DNA of 40,087 bases from a virus (taxonomy: Duplodnaviria; Caudoviricetes), in the IMG/VR virus record IMGVR_UViG_3300043171_000118, positions 1 to 40,087 of that record; one strand, written 5' to 3'. The notes beneath the pieces were generated by a model. That model saw only the letters and a list, made by a program, of their open reading frames with translations. It had not been told where the DNA came from and made no database searches. Shown here piece by piece: positions 25,010 through 34,568 of this stretch (position 1 is its first letter; each line of letters begins with the position of its first letter). A program made the position numbers and the translations under genes.

Positions 25010-25222
25010 CTACCTCAATTTATCGTGTTCTGCCTTGGTTAAATAGATTACAGGAATCTCATCTATCTTACCTTGAAAATATTTTATTTTCTCGTTATGA
25101 GTGGTTTTTATTTCCTTAATATCATCTCTAAGGTCATAAAATATGATGCCACAGAGAGTTATAACTACAGCTATAACCCCTTTAAGCACATTTCCAGTAA
25201 AATCAACTTCTGCTTTTTTCAT
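25010..25222 (-). CDS. Holin-like single-TM protein
   Basis: One TM segment followed by a charged coiled coil, within the lysis region. Confidence 0.5.
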   Translation of the reverse strand: MKKAEVDFTGNVLKGVIAVVITLCGIIFYDLRDDIKEIKTTHNEKIKYFQGKIDEIPVIYLTKAEHDKLR

Positions 25223-25242
25223 TCTGTTTTCTCTGCCTTTTA

Positions 25243-25764
25243 TTATAAAACACTTCTAGTTCTGTAATTACACACCCATCCATTAACCTTAATAGTGCAC
25301 GCTGTGTCTGAGTTCATTTCAAACGCAGAAGGGTTGTCGATTATATCTTGGCTACCAATGTATAGTAGGTTATACCTGTTTAACGGTAAGTCCCCTACTG
25401 TTGATTTAAAGTTTGACGGAGCTATAAAAGGCAATTGGAAATTAGATGCAGACCCTTGCGCCACATCAAGCCTTACACCTATTTCAGTGTTTACCGATGT
25501 AGTTGTAAGTAATGCGTCAAACCGTATCTCTACAATATCTCCAATAGCCAACTCACTAAAATCAAATTTATTTGTAGATGGATTCCATATATCAGCGATG
25601 TCGGTCGGTTTATTCTCTTTGTTTGTGTTCGGGCCACCCTCATCATTTGTGAGAAGAGTCCATGCGCTAGTTCCCGGAATTGCTATAGGACTTGACTGTG
25701 TGCCAAGATCATTATAATCCCAAAAACCGCTTTGTTTTTTTAATAAATCATTATATTCTATCAT
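25243..25764 (-). CDS. Hypothetical virion or tail-associated beta-rich protein
   Basis: 173-aa ORF in the late operon. Confidence 0.6.
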   Translation of the reverse strand: MIEYNDLLKKQSGFWDYNDLGTQSSPIAIPGTSAWTLLTNDEGGPNTNKENKPTDIADIWNPSTNKFDFSELAIGDIVEIRFDALLTTTSVNTEIGVRLDVAQGSASNFQLPFIAPSNFKSTVGDLPLNRYNLLYIGSQDIIDNPSAFEMNSDTACTIKVNGWVCNYRTRSVL

Positions 25765-25775
25765 AATTTTTCCTT

Positions 25776-26771
25776 TTATACTTTTGCTGTTACTAAAACA
25801 TTGTTGTGCCCTACAAATTCACCTTTATGTACAACAGGTTCAAACCCTGCCGGAACAATCACACAGGTGTCGCCTATAAGGTATTTGTCGTCAGTCAATT
25901 CCCAATCAGTCGCCCCCTCAGGAGTAAACACCCCTGTCACAGGATCACGATACCCAATTAGAGTACCGCCTTTGTATATATTGCCTACTTGAGGCTCCAT
26001 AGTTCTAGGTAGGTAGTAATCCCAAAAATCATTACTAGGATCTGTTAATGTACCAACAACCGTTCCAGTAGAATCTTTTATATCTGTTCCTGCACCTTCA
26101 TTAAGAGGTATCAATTGACCGCATCTTGTAAGATCCCAGATTTTACCAACGAAGTCACTACCTATAGTGCCAGTATCTATTGCCCCGATAGATACTGCTG
26201 TAGCTTGTAAATAAGAACCTACAAGGCCAGAACCTAATAACTCATAGACACCATCAACCTTTAATGTTACGTCTCCCGATAAAGTTCTTTCAACCTCAAT
26301 AAATTTTACTGTGCCATCATAAACATCTAATACCGAATCTACGCCTATTTTCGTACTTGTGTTTTCACGTATTCCAAGCCTAAGTTTAGTACTAGTCACA
26401 TCCACACCAACAGCGTATTGTGTTTGGGTTGAAGGAATACTTTCAGCATAAATTTTTGAATATGCCGGTGGTGCCGTTGCCTCAGTATAGAATGAAATTT
26501 TCCATGTTTCTAAGTGCATACATGGTGGAGCTTCTATAATATCCAATGCAACATGCGACCCTATATAATCATTCGCAATATACCTATCAATAGAAGTAAC
26601 AGGAGCGCCTAATGTTGGCACTCCATCAACCTGTACAAATGGCACGTTTACCGACTCTTCTGTTGTTGGGTTGGTGTAGGTGGAGTAGTTGCAGATAGCC
26701 GCTACTATTCTCCCTATAGGCTGGTATATCTTAGCACCGCCTCTTCTTAATAGGTTACATCCTATAAACAT
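25776..26771 (-). CDS. LamG/concanavalin-like domain protein (possible receptor-binding protein)
   Basis: DGTVKFIEVER...VTLKVDG...IGA...FVGKIWD...LNEGAG. Confidence 0.6.
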   Translation of the reverse strand: MFIGCNLLRRGGAKIYQPIGRIVAAICNYSTYTNPTTEESVNVPFVQVDGVPTLGAPVTSIDRYIANDYIGSHVALDIIEAPPCMHLETWKISFYTEATAPPAYSKIYAESIPSTQTQYAVGVDVTSTKLRLGIRENTSTKIGVDSVLDVYDGTVKFIEVERTLSGDVTLKVDGVYELLGSGLVGSYLQATAVSIGAIDTGTIGSDFVGKIWDLTRCGQLIPLNEGAGTDIKDSTGTVVGTLTDPSNDFWDYYLPRTMEPQVGNIYKGGTLIGYRDPVTGVFTPEGATDWELTDDKYLIGDTCVIVPAGFEPVVHKGEFVGHNNVLVTAKV

Positions 26772-26803
26772 TTATTTAACCCCTTGTGTTAGTGTGCTCA
26801 TAG

Positions 26804-27847
26804 TTATATACCTCTCATTACAGGGCCATCATCATGAACCCATAGCTCGTAAGCGTCCGCACCTGCATCCACTTGACTTGTACCTTCTTTTAATCCGTAC
26901 ATATAGACCCTACCATCTTTGTCGGTTATTTTAGTATTCAAAAAAGATGCAAGTGGTATAACTTCACCAGTTGTAGCGTCATATGAATATTCTAAAGTTT
27001 TACCTATTGATTTAATTGTTACAGAAATCCCCCCTGTAATTTTACTTGTATAACTAGATGCTCCTGCGTTTGGGTAACAGCCTTGCGATGTTATGTATGC
27101 GCCGACCCCAGCAAAAGCGTATGCATAGCAATCAAGACCTCTGAATTCATAGTTCAATGTAACATTCAAACTCAAGGGAATCGCAGCCCTGTTGTAAGCT
27201 ATATTTCCGTTTACGTCTGTGCGCTTTCTTTCATAGTCGCTGCCAGTGAATCCGTTTGACTCGGTATCTGGAATTGTATATTCGTAAAGATTACCATTAT
27301 TCGCACGCGTTATCGTTGCAGGTTCTGAATCGTCAATGAAATTGAAATCAGTCAAGCTTATAGGGTAGCAGTTGTGACAATCCCATGATGTAGTATATTG
27401 CCCTACAGCCAAAGTGGTTGACGCTCTACACCTTAGCCCAGAAAACTCGTACATATAGTCTGTACTGAGGCCACTAGGTATAGCGGTATCCTTATAGGCT
27501 ATGTGACCGTTTTCATCTTCGATCATGTCGGCATATTCTAAAGCTGATTCTGTGCCGTTGACTTTTAATACCTTATTAGCCTCACCAACGTATGACACCG
27601 GAACATCATCAAGCTCTACAAAGTTTGCCGCTCCTAAATTTGACGATATAGCAACATCTATCTTGCTATCTGTTTCATCTTCAGTTATGAAATCATGTTG
27701 TACCCCAAAGCTGTCCTTAACTATAAATCTAGTTCTATCGCTTGAACCATCTATACCTATATCAAACTTAGTCATTAAGTTTTCAATAAATGCAGGGGCC
27801 GCCAAAGTCCCGAAAATCCACCTTATTAATTCTTGTTTTACACTCAT
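26804..27847 (-). CDS. Tail fibre-like protein with two internal repeats
   Basis: FVELDDVPVSYVGEANKVLKVN..ESALEY fibre motif; duplicated D.NG.IAY...AIP..L.....YEF.GL.C unit. Confidence 0.6.
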   Translation of the reverse strand: MSVKQELIRWIFGTLAAPAFIENLMTKFDIGIDGSSDRTRFIVKDSFGVQHDFITEDETDSKIDVAISSNLGAANFVELDDVPVSYVGEANKVLKVNGTESALEYADMIEDENGHIAYKDTAIPSGLSTDYMYEFSGLRCRASTTLAVGQYTTSWDCHNCYPISLTDFNFIDDSEPATITRANNGNLYEYTIPDTESNGFTGSDYERKRTDVNGNIAYNRAAIPLSLNVTLNYEFRGLDCYAYAFAGVGAYITSQGCYPNAGASSYTSKITGGISVTIKSIGKTLEYSYDATTGEVIPLASFLNTKITDKDGRVYMYGLKEGTSQVDAGADAYELWVHDDGPVMRGI

Positions 27848-27848
27848 C

Positions 27849-30794
27849 TTATTTACCTGTACCGTTTTGAATTATGCTTGTGGCCGTTGCGTCCTGTTGA
27901 ATTATGTCTGTTACCGTTGCGTTATCTTGAATAATATTTAACTGAACTAAGAAGGGGTCGAATTGGCTTATATCTAAAAGTATCTTAAATGCAATCTCTT
28001 TATTTTCCCAGCTTAACTTATGTTCTATTATCCATCCTTTACGGGTTTCTCCGTTCGTTCTTTTCTGGTCATTTACACTTATAAAAGATAGTAAATTCAG
28101 AATAGCATCAGTTGCATTTAATGGTAATCTAATTGTAACTTTTTCAAGCTCCCTGTTAATGTGACCCGCTTGATTACGTATAAAGTTGATCGCCTCACCC
28201 TCACCTGTACCATCAGAGAACAGCATTTTAATCCACTTTGTTTCTAATGTTGTTTGAGTAAGTTTTTTTGCCCTTAAATATCCGGCCCTAAATAACTCCC
28301 AAGCTTGCTGCGCTGTTGCTGTATTTTCTAAGCTTATTCCCTCTGTGCATAGGTTAAAATCAAATACCTCAAGGTCAGTTCTCTTTATCCTCATAGGGGT
28401 TTTGGATCCATCCTTGTCACTAGACGCTTGCTGAAACTCACCGCTAGACTCATTGAGATCATAATCTAGTTGATAATCAGATACAACTTGTGTGATCTCT
28501 GATCTGCTTATTTTACTAATGCCGTTATTTTTTAGCCAGTTTGCCGATGTATAGCTTGCAAGTATTGGAGCTAGATCGCTAAACACTTTACTCTTTGGTA
28601 GCCAGTTTTCAAGGCTGTACTTTCCCAACCTATTAAGGTAAAGCCCTAGATGAGAGGATTTAAGCATATCTTTTAATACAGAATTAGAGTCTGTTTGTGA
28701 TGTTATTTGATGTGAAGGATTGCGCTCAGTTACGCTATCAAACAGATCATAATCCTCTTGAGCTTCTGAATATGATGCTGTATCAATATTCGCCAAAGGT
28801 ATACCAATGTGATTTTCTTGCAAGTACTGTATTGTGTCTGGGTAGTTTTCAAATTCATTTCCAGATTGTACGTTTTCACCATTACAACCGATAGATATAT
28901 TATCTATCCCTATTTCTTTATCTGCCTCATGTGCCGTGCTAAAAGTCGCTAGTTTTATAGCTTCAATTTGCCAATCTATCCATACGTGATTTAATAAAAA
29001 GCTACTAGCCATCACGAAACTACCTAGAGATCCCTCATTATCTATTATGTTTTCTATGGTGAAAATAGATCTAAAAGATTCCCAATTGTTACAGGTTATT
29101 TCTAAATCGTAAAGCTCTGATGTTGAACCAACGGAAACAATGGTGTCAAGTGTTTTTTTCTCGCCATCATATATTGTGTTAAAGCCAGAAAGGTAAGATA
29201 AATTTGTTAAATTATTAGGATCACCTAAAACGTCAAAACTTTTATTGCATATTGATTCGGTTTTAAAGCTTCTTATTATTTGATCTGTAGTTAGCGTAAG
29301 TGGGTCTGGAAGCCCTAGTGCGTCTTTAATTGCATCTTGAATAGTGACTTTAATCGGTCTAAAATAAACATTATCATATTTTTCATGTAAATCTATTATT
29401 TCTCTAACTGAATTTTTACTGTACCCATTCCTGAGTAATAGATGTATAACGGTCGCCCCTACCTCATAATCAAAATACTCATCAACGTATACGCTATCAT
29501 TAGATGATATATCTTTAAGAGTAGACTTAAATAGTATATCTTCAGCATCTAGAACCCTATAAACCGATACAGTTTTATTGTCTTCTGAATCATACATTTC
29601 TTCACTTAAAAAATAATCCTCCCCACTATCGGTTGCTTTGATAGGGTATTCTGTTTTTGAATTTCTTGAAGTGTGTATGTATCTTACTTCTTTTTGACTT
29701 AGGTTATAATTAAAAGAGAAATCCTTTAGCATTATTATCGAGGGCTGACTGTTTTTTAAATAATACCCACCGTTGCCATTGTCTAAAAATTCAAAAGTAC
29801 TCAAATCATCTATGTTTTCATTGTCAAGATATAGCGTGTGGACTGCATCTACACCTATGCCCTCCATAAAGAAGCCTAAAACATTCTCAGCTCTAACTAC
29901 ATTATAATTTACACCCGAACCATCGCCAAGAACAACCTGCACTACTATATTATTAAAATCACCAGCTATAATTGATTGCCATATTTCTAATGAGTATCTT
30001 ATTTTAATCGAAGACCCCAATTCGTCAGTCGTTTTATCAACTATATATCCGCTATTTTCTTCTAGGCGCATTGGCACATAATCAAAGTTAGCATCTTTCT
30101 CGCCACCTAAAACTAACTTACAATTGTAGTTGCGATTAAGGGCTATTGGTATAGTATCAGAGCCTATCTTTTCAATGTTAGCCTTACCTGCATCAGTACA
30201 TTTAAAACTTGCTGTTGTATCGCCTGTCTTCGGAAACGTATCTATAATACCTGCCCATACTTGAACATATCCAGCGCCAAAATCTATGTAATATCTAGTA
30301 GGTAAATGCTTTAAAAATAACCCATCTTTTTCAATCGAATCAACAAGACCAAAGTTAGCAAGCGAAAACCCGAACTGATAACCAGAGGCTAAATTTCCAC
30401 CTTTATCAATATTGATCTTCATTACTGAATCATCAATTTTTGCTATCATATCCCCAGTAGTCTCAAGTGTCCATAATCCATCTTCTATACTGTATAATGG
30501 ATTAGTATATAGTTCACTTCCTGTGGTCATAGAGCCGTTAGATTCGCCAACACCAGATAAGCTACCCACTAAAGGTTCTTCAAAATCAAAATATCTAGTG
30601 CGTTGCTTGATTACTATGTATGTGTCGCCAATATCAGCCTGTACCGCAACCTTCGCAAATGCTGTACTGTTTATTCCAGATACAACCTCATCTACTACAA
30701 ATGCACTTGTAACATTGGCTGGTATTCTTTGTTGGTGAGAGTTTACGCCCTCTACCTCAATCTTTGCTCTTACAGCATTATTTATTACAGTCAT
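27849..30794 (-). CDS. Tail tip / hub (central fibre) protein
   Basis: 981 aa, positioned after tape measure and the Dit-like gene. Confidence 0.65.
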   Translation of the reverse strand: MTVINNAVRAKIEVEGVNSHQQRIPANVTSAFVVDEVVSGINSTAFAKVAVQADIGDTYIVIKQRTRYFDFEEPLVGSLSGVGESNGSMTTGSELYTNPLYSIEDGLWTLETTGDMIAKIDDSVMKINIDKGGNLASGYQFGFSLANFGLVDSIEKDGLFLKHLPTRYYIDFGAGYVQVWAGIIDTFPKTGDTTASFKCTDAGKANIEKIGSDTIPIALNRNYNCKLVLGGEKDANFDYVPMRLEENSGYIVDKTTDELGSSIKIRYSLEIWQSIIAGDFNNIVVQVVLGDGSGVNYNVVRAENVLGFFMEGIGVDAVHTLYLDNENIDDLSTFEFLDNGNGGYYLKNSQPSIIMLKDFSFNYNLSQKEVRYIHTSRNSKTEYPIKATDSGEDYFLSEEMYDSEDNKTVSVYRVLDAEDILFKSTLKDISSNDSVYVDEYFDYEVGATVIHLLLRNGYSKNSVREIIDLHEKYDNVYFRPIKVTIQDAIKDALGLPDPLTLTTDQIIRSFKTESICNKSFDVLGDPNNLTNLSYLSGFNTIYDGEKKTLDTIVSVGSTSELYDLEITCNNWESFRSIFTIENIIDNEGSLGSFVMASSFLLNHVWIDWQIEAIKLATFSTAHEADKEIGIDNISIGCNGENVQSGNEFENYPDTIQYLQENHIGIPLANIDTASYSEAQEDYDLFDSVTERNPSHQITSQTDSNSVLKDMLKSSHLGLYLNRLGKYSLENWLPKSKVFSDLAPILASYTSANWLKNNGISKISRSEITQVVSDYQLDYDLNESSGEFQQASSDKDGSKTPMRIKRTDLEVFDFNLCTEGISLENTATAQQAWELFRAGYLRAKKLTQTTLETKWIKMLFSDGTGEGEAINFIRNQAGHINRELEKVTIRLPLNATDAILNLLSFISVNDQKRTNGETRKGWIIEHKLSWENKEIAFKILLDISQFDPFLVQLNIIQDNATVTDIIQQDATATSIIQNGTGK

Positions 30795-31579
30795 ACGTTC
30801 GTCACAATCCTAATCTTTGAAGTCCAGTGGTTTACATCATCTCGTTTGGTACTTAGCTTGGTAATCATTACATTGTCGGTTGCTTGGCCTTCAAATAAAT
30901 CGAGACAATCGAGTGTAGGCCATACAAATGGCGTTGACCTCTGCTCATTATAGTACTTTTCAATTTGTGCTGTCTCACTTGTTTTCTGCTTGAAGGTAAG
31001 GTCAAACACAAAGCTATTTATTGGTTCGCCCGTCTCATCTACCTCAATGTTTGACCCATAATCACCAAATGAAGCAGAGCTAAATGCTCTTTCCTGCTTG
31101 CTTAGTAGTCTAACTACTGGCAATTGATAATTAAGATCTGGCAATACAGCACTTACAGCACCACCAAAAGCAAGTTGTAAACTATTCGATTCAAGGGCTT
31201 CAACATTTAACGGTATCTCAGCTAGTCTAAAGTTCTTTTGATCATACTTTATCTTACCGCTGTTTAGAATATTACAGGTAATTGTGTTTGTGTAGTCAAT
31301 GCCAGCCCCAAATATAAGCTCGCCAGATTCAGCAGTAATAACAATCTGATTAATACTTTTTTTCAACTGCTTAGATAGATCAAATATATCAGATTTTAAC
31401 CCTTGTATAGTAAAGGAAGATGTAAACTTATCGAATGTAGCACCTCTATTGTAGGCATGGGTCTGTCCATTGGTGGTCTTTAGGTGCTCAACTGTTTGAG
31501 CTTGTACGGGTGTAAAAGCCTTTTTAACCGTTACATTGTAAGGTGTTGACCCTGAGCTATCGATAATGCTTATTATCAT
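30791..31579 (-). CDS. Distal tail-like protein
   Basis: Directly after the tape measure gene; assigned by synteny. Confidence 0.55.
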   Translation of the reverse strand: MIISIIDSSGSTPYNVTVKKAFTPVQAQTVEHLKTTNGQTHAYNRGATFDKFTSSFTIQGLKSDIFDLSKQLKKSINQIVITAESGELIFGAGIDYTNTITCNILNSGKIKYDQKNFRLAEIPLNVEALESNSLQLAFGGAVSAVLPDLNYQLPVVRLLSKQERAFSSASFGDYGSNIEVDETGEPINSFVFDLTFKQKTSETAQIEKYYNEQRSTPFVWPTLDCLDLFEGQATDNVMITKLSTKRDDVNHWTSKIRIVTNV

Positions 31580-33783
31580 CCTTGAGGCTCCAATCCTAAT
31601 ACGTTGGCTCTCTCTACTGCATCGGTCACGGCCTGAGCAAGTGAATCTATATCCGTTCCCGCTCCTGCATGGATAGTGATATTTGTGCCACCACCTCCAC
31701 GAATAGCAGTTAGTAGATCTCCATTGCTTATACCGCCTAATTCACTATTTATATCAGCGGGAACAACACGCTCCCCTTTTGATAGCATGGCTGGTATTGA
31801 ATCGCTTCTACCACTACCGGCGCCATCAACAAACTCCGTACCATCTGCTAATTTAATTCCACTCGCTTTTCCTGCTTGAACAACACCAGTTGCGCCAATA
31901 AGTCCAGCCAATATAGGGTTTGGAGGTGTTGAGCCTAATGCTGACATTACGCCTCTAGCAGTAGATAGGCCAATCTCTGCAATAGTAAACGCTTTATTCT
32001 CACCGAACACCTCTTTGCCTAGCGCTATAGATTGATCTGCTACAGCTAGGTTGTTTTTCATTTTCGCATCACTGGCTATTTTAGCGATTCTCGCATCTAC
32101 CTTAGCTTGCTTCTCTACCCGTAAAGTCTCTTTAACTGCCGCCTGTTGTTTTAACCTATCTTCCTCTAGGAGTCTCTCAACTAACGTTTGAGTTTTAGCT
32201 CTTTCATTCTCATTATGTTGCTCTAGATCAACCTGTAAACCCATGTTTGTTATTTCGTTAGCTACTGCATACTGTTCTTCTAGTGCGGTTAAGTATTCTT
32301 GTCTGGCGACCGCCTGTAGCCTTAGTTTTTCATCTTCTGCCTCTTTGGCTTGCTTAACCTCTTTTGCTTTTGCGTCTGCCGTAGCCTTCTCTCTATCTTG
32401 GATAGCTATTAAGTCAATCTCTGCATCAACCCTAAGCAATAAAAGCTCTGCGCGCCTTTCTTTTGTCGCTTTGGTGTTCTGGAATACGGCGGCATTTACT
32501 TTGTCTTGACGGTCTCTTATGTCATTAAGTATTAGCCACTGTTGTTTAAGCGATCTGTTCTCAAGTTCGGTTGCCTGAGCTATCTCTAAGGTTTTTTCCT
32601 CGTTTAAGCTTTCAAAAGCTTTTGAAGCAACTTCCAGAAGCCCATTAAATACTTTTTGAGCCGCGCCTACCTCAGTTAGTTTTGTAACGTAACTTTCGGC
32701 ATTGTTTGTTAATACCGTCCAAGTCTGAGCAGATGTTTTCTCTATTTTCCCAAACTCTTCATTGATAACATCGGACTGACTTTTTATTGCATCTATAACT
32801 ACTTCGGCAGTTAACTTGCCTTGTGTGCCAAACTCACGTAACGAGCCAACGGCTATACCCATACCATCAGCTATTAACTTAGCCACTCTTGGAACTTGCT
32901 CTAAAACAGACCTGAGTTCATCGCCGCGCAACGCACCAGAGGCTAAACCCTGTGAAAGTTGTATGATTGCTGCGCTTGATTCGCTTGCGCTCGCACCACT
33001 AATGATAATAGCCTTGTTCAGTGTTTCAGTTGCCGCAATGACCTGTTTATCTGTTAAAAATAATTGCTCTGTAGCTCTATCTAATCTAGCATACAGCTTT
33101 ACAGTATCGGAAAACCCTTGCCTAGTGTCGTTGGCAACCTGTAATAACTCTTCCTGAACACTTACAAGGTTTTTAGAATCATCCACTACAAGCCTAATCT
33201 GAGATCTTAAAAGAGAGTATTCGTCATTAAGACTTACCAATCCTTTTGCAAGTTTAATCGTGCCGAAAACAAATCCAGCCAATCCAATGGTTGCGAGATT
33301 AACGCTATTATCAAAATCAATAATTCCCTTTCTTGCTTTTTTGACACCACTACCTATGCCTTTCCCAGCACCCTCACCTTTCTTTTTTAATTTATCAAGC
33401 TCTCTACCGAGTGAAGCTGTTACTTTTTTTGATTCCTTCAGCTCTTTATTGAGGCCATCAAATTTAAGCTCTAGTTTTTGCGCCTTTTTAGCAGACTCAG
33501 CAAGCTCCCTATTTAGCTTATCAAAAGCCTCAACGCCTTCCTTGCCAACCTTCTCGACTGGCTTTTCTGTTCTTCTTGCCGACTCAGAAAGTTTGAGCAT
33601 GTTTTCTGATGTTTTCTGTATTGTTTTTTCAAAGTTTGATATTGTTCTAGACGCGCCACTTAGCGACTTTTCAAATTTTGTAAAATCAACAGTTGTTTCT
33701 TTTGCTTTTTTACCGAGATTTTCAACAGCGGTAACACCGTTTTTAGCGTTTACCTCAACGGTTATTCCAACCTTAGTTCCCAT
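31576..33783 (-). CDS. Tape measure protein
   Basis: QLSQGLASGALRGDELRSVLEQ.P tape-measure domain, coiled coils, C-terminal ADG...G.GRSDSIPAMLSKGERVV. Confidence 0.95.
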   Translation of the reverse strand: MGTKVGITVEVNAKNGVTAVENLGKKAKETTVDFTKFEKSLSGASRTISNFEKTIQKTSENMLKLSESARRTEKPVEKVGKEGVEAFDKLNRELAESAKKAQKLELKFDGLNKELKESKKVTASLGRELDKLKKKGEGAGKGIGSGVKKARKGIIDFDNSVNLATIGLAGFVFGTIKLAKGLVSLNDEYSLLRSQIRLVVDDSKNLVSVQEELLQVANDTRQGFSDTVKLYARLDRATEQLFLTDKQVIAATETLNKAIIISGASASESSAAIIQLSQGLASGALRGDELRSVLEQVPRVAKLIADGMGIAVGSLREFGTQGKLTAEVVIDAIKSQSDVINEEFGKIEKTSAQTWTVLTNNAESYVTKLTEVGAAQKVFNGLLEVASKAFESLNEEKTLEIAQATELENRSLKQQWLILNDIRDRQDKVNAAVFQNTKATKERRAELLLLRVDAEIDLIAIQDREKATADAKAKEVKQAKEAEDEKLRLQAVARQEYLTALEEQYAVANEITNMGLQVDLEQHNENERAKTQTLVERLLEEDRLKQQAAVKETLRVEKQAKVDARIAKIASDAKMKNNLAVADQSIALGKEVFGENKAFTIAEIGLSTARGVMSALGSTPPNPILAGLIGATGVVQAGKASGIKLADGTEFVDGAGSGRSDSIPAMLSKGERVVPADINSELGGISNGDLLTAIRGGGGTNITIHAGAGTDIDSLAQAVTDAVERANVLGLEPQG

Positions 33784-33786
33784 TAT

Positions 33787-34191
33787 CTAACCGCCGATTT
33801 TATTGAGCATATCTTCAGCGCGTTCAAATTCCTTTGAATTAACATTGAGACGTAAACCTCTATAGTAGTTAACAAGCTTGAAAGTCTCGAATAGGATTTT
33901 CGGCTGTTCAATAAGTGAACCTGAGAAAGGCAGTATATTTTTATCATTGTATGCATCATATAGAAGCCTTAAATATTTTACTTCATGGTCATAATAATGT
34001 ACTGGGCATCGGTCTGGATATACCAACCCAACCCCTTTACATTTGTGGCACTCTTTGTCATTGTCGCAGTCGCATACAATCCACCAATAATCTATTTTTG
34101 CATTAGCGGCCACACACCCTAGATCATTGTTTGAACAATCACAAGTGTGCGAAGTACCACCTAGTATCGCCGCCAATACATTTACTTTCCC
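33787..34191 (-). CDS. Tail assembly chaperone gpT-like segment, reached by -1 frameshift
   Basis: The -1 frame from GGGAAAG reads GKVNVLAAILGG... into ORF 33787-34176, which has only a TTG start. Confidence 0.8.
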   Translation of the reverse strand, partial: GKVNVLAAILGGTSHTCDCSNNDLGCVAANAKIDYWWIVCDCDNDKECHKCKGVGLVYPDRCPVHYYDHEVKYLRLLYDAYNDKNILPFSGSLIEQPKILFETFKLVNYYRGLRLNVNSKEFERAEDMLNKIGG

Positions 34192-34556
34192 GTGTTAATT
34201 TGGCTGTTGATTCTTCTGCCTTCATTAACCACTTCTTTAATGATTCTCCATGGAGGGCTAAACTTAATAGAGCTCTTACCCTTTGGAATTTCTAAACCTT
34301 TGATTTCTTTAACTAAAAGCTTGAACATTTCTGCATAATAATCGTTGTTGTTTACAATTAAATTGCCGTCTTTGTCTTCTTTAAGTTTTCCGTCTCTGGT
34401 TTTCTTTGAATACTTTGTCAAGAGGCTTGATAGTATATCGTCCTCATCAAAATCAAGTATTTTTAGTACGAAAACTAAGCCACTCCCCTCTTTCAAAAGG
34501 CGTGACTCGTATTCTACTAATTTATTTTTCGGTGGTACTGTTAATATATAATTCAT
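34182..34556 (-). CDS. Tail assembly chaperone gpG-like
   Basis: Between tail tube and tape measure; ends in the slippery site. Confidence 0.8.
   Translation of the reverse strand: MNYILTVPPKNKLVEYESRLLKEGSGLVFVLKILDFDEDDILSSLLTKYSKKTRDGKLKEDKDGNLIVNNNDYYAEMFKLLVKEIKGLEIPKGKSSIKFSPPWRIIKEVVNEGRRINSQINTGK
34185..34191 (-). promoter_or_regulatory. Programmed -1 ribosomal frameshift slippery site G GGA AAG
   Basis: ACG GGA AAG TAA ends the gpG-like gene; same heptamer as lambda G/T. Confidence 0.85.
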
Positions 34557-34568
34557 GTTATCCTTTAA

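Noticed and set aside
27865-27935. DNA repeat at the end of the tail-tip gene as a regulatory array
   Set aside because: Explained by a protein-level repeat (IIQDNATVT/IIQQDATAT/IIQNGT) with a codon-multiple period
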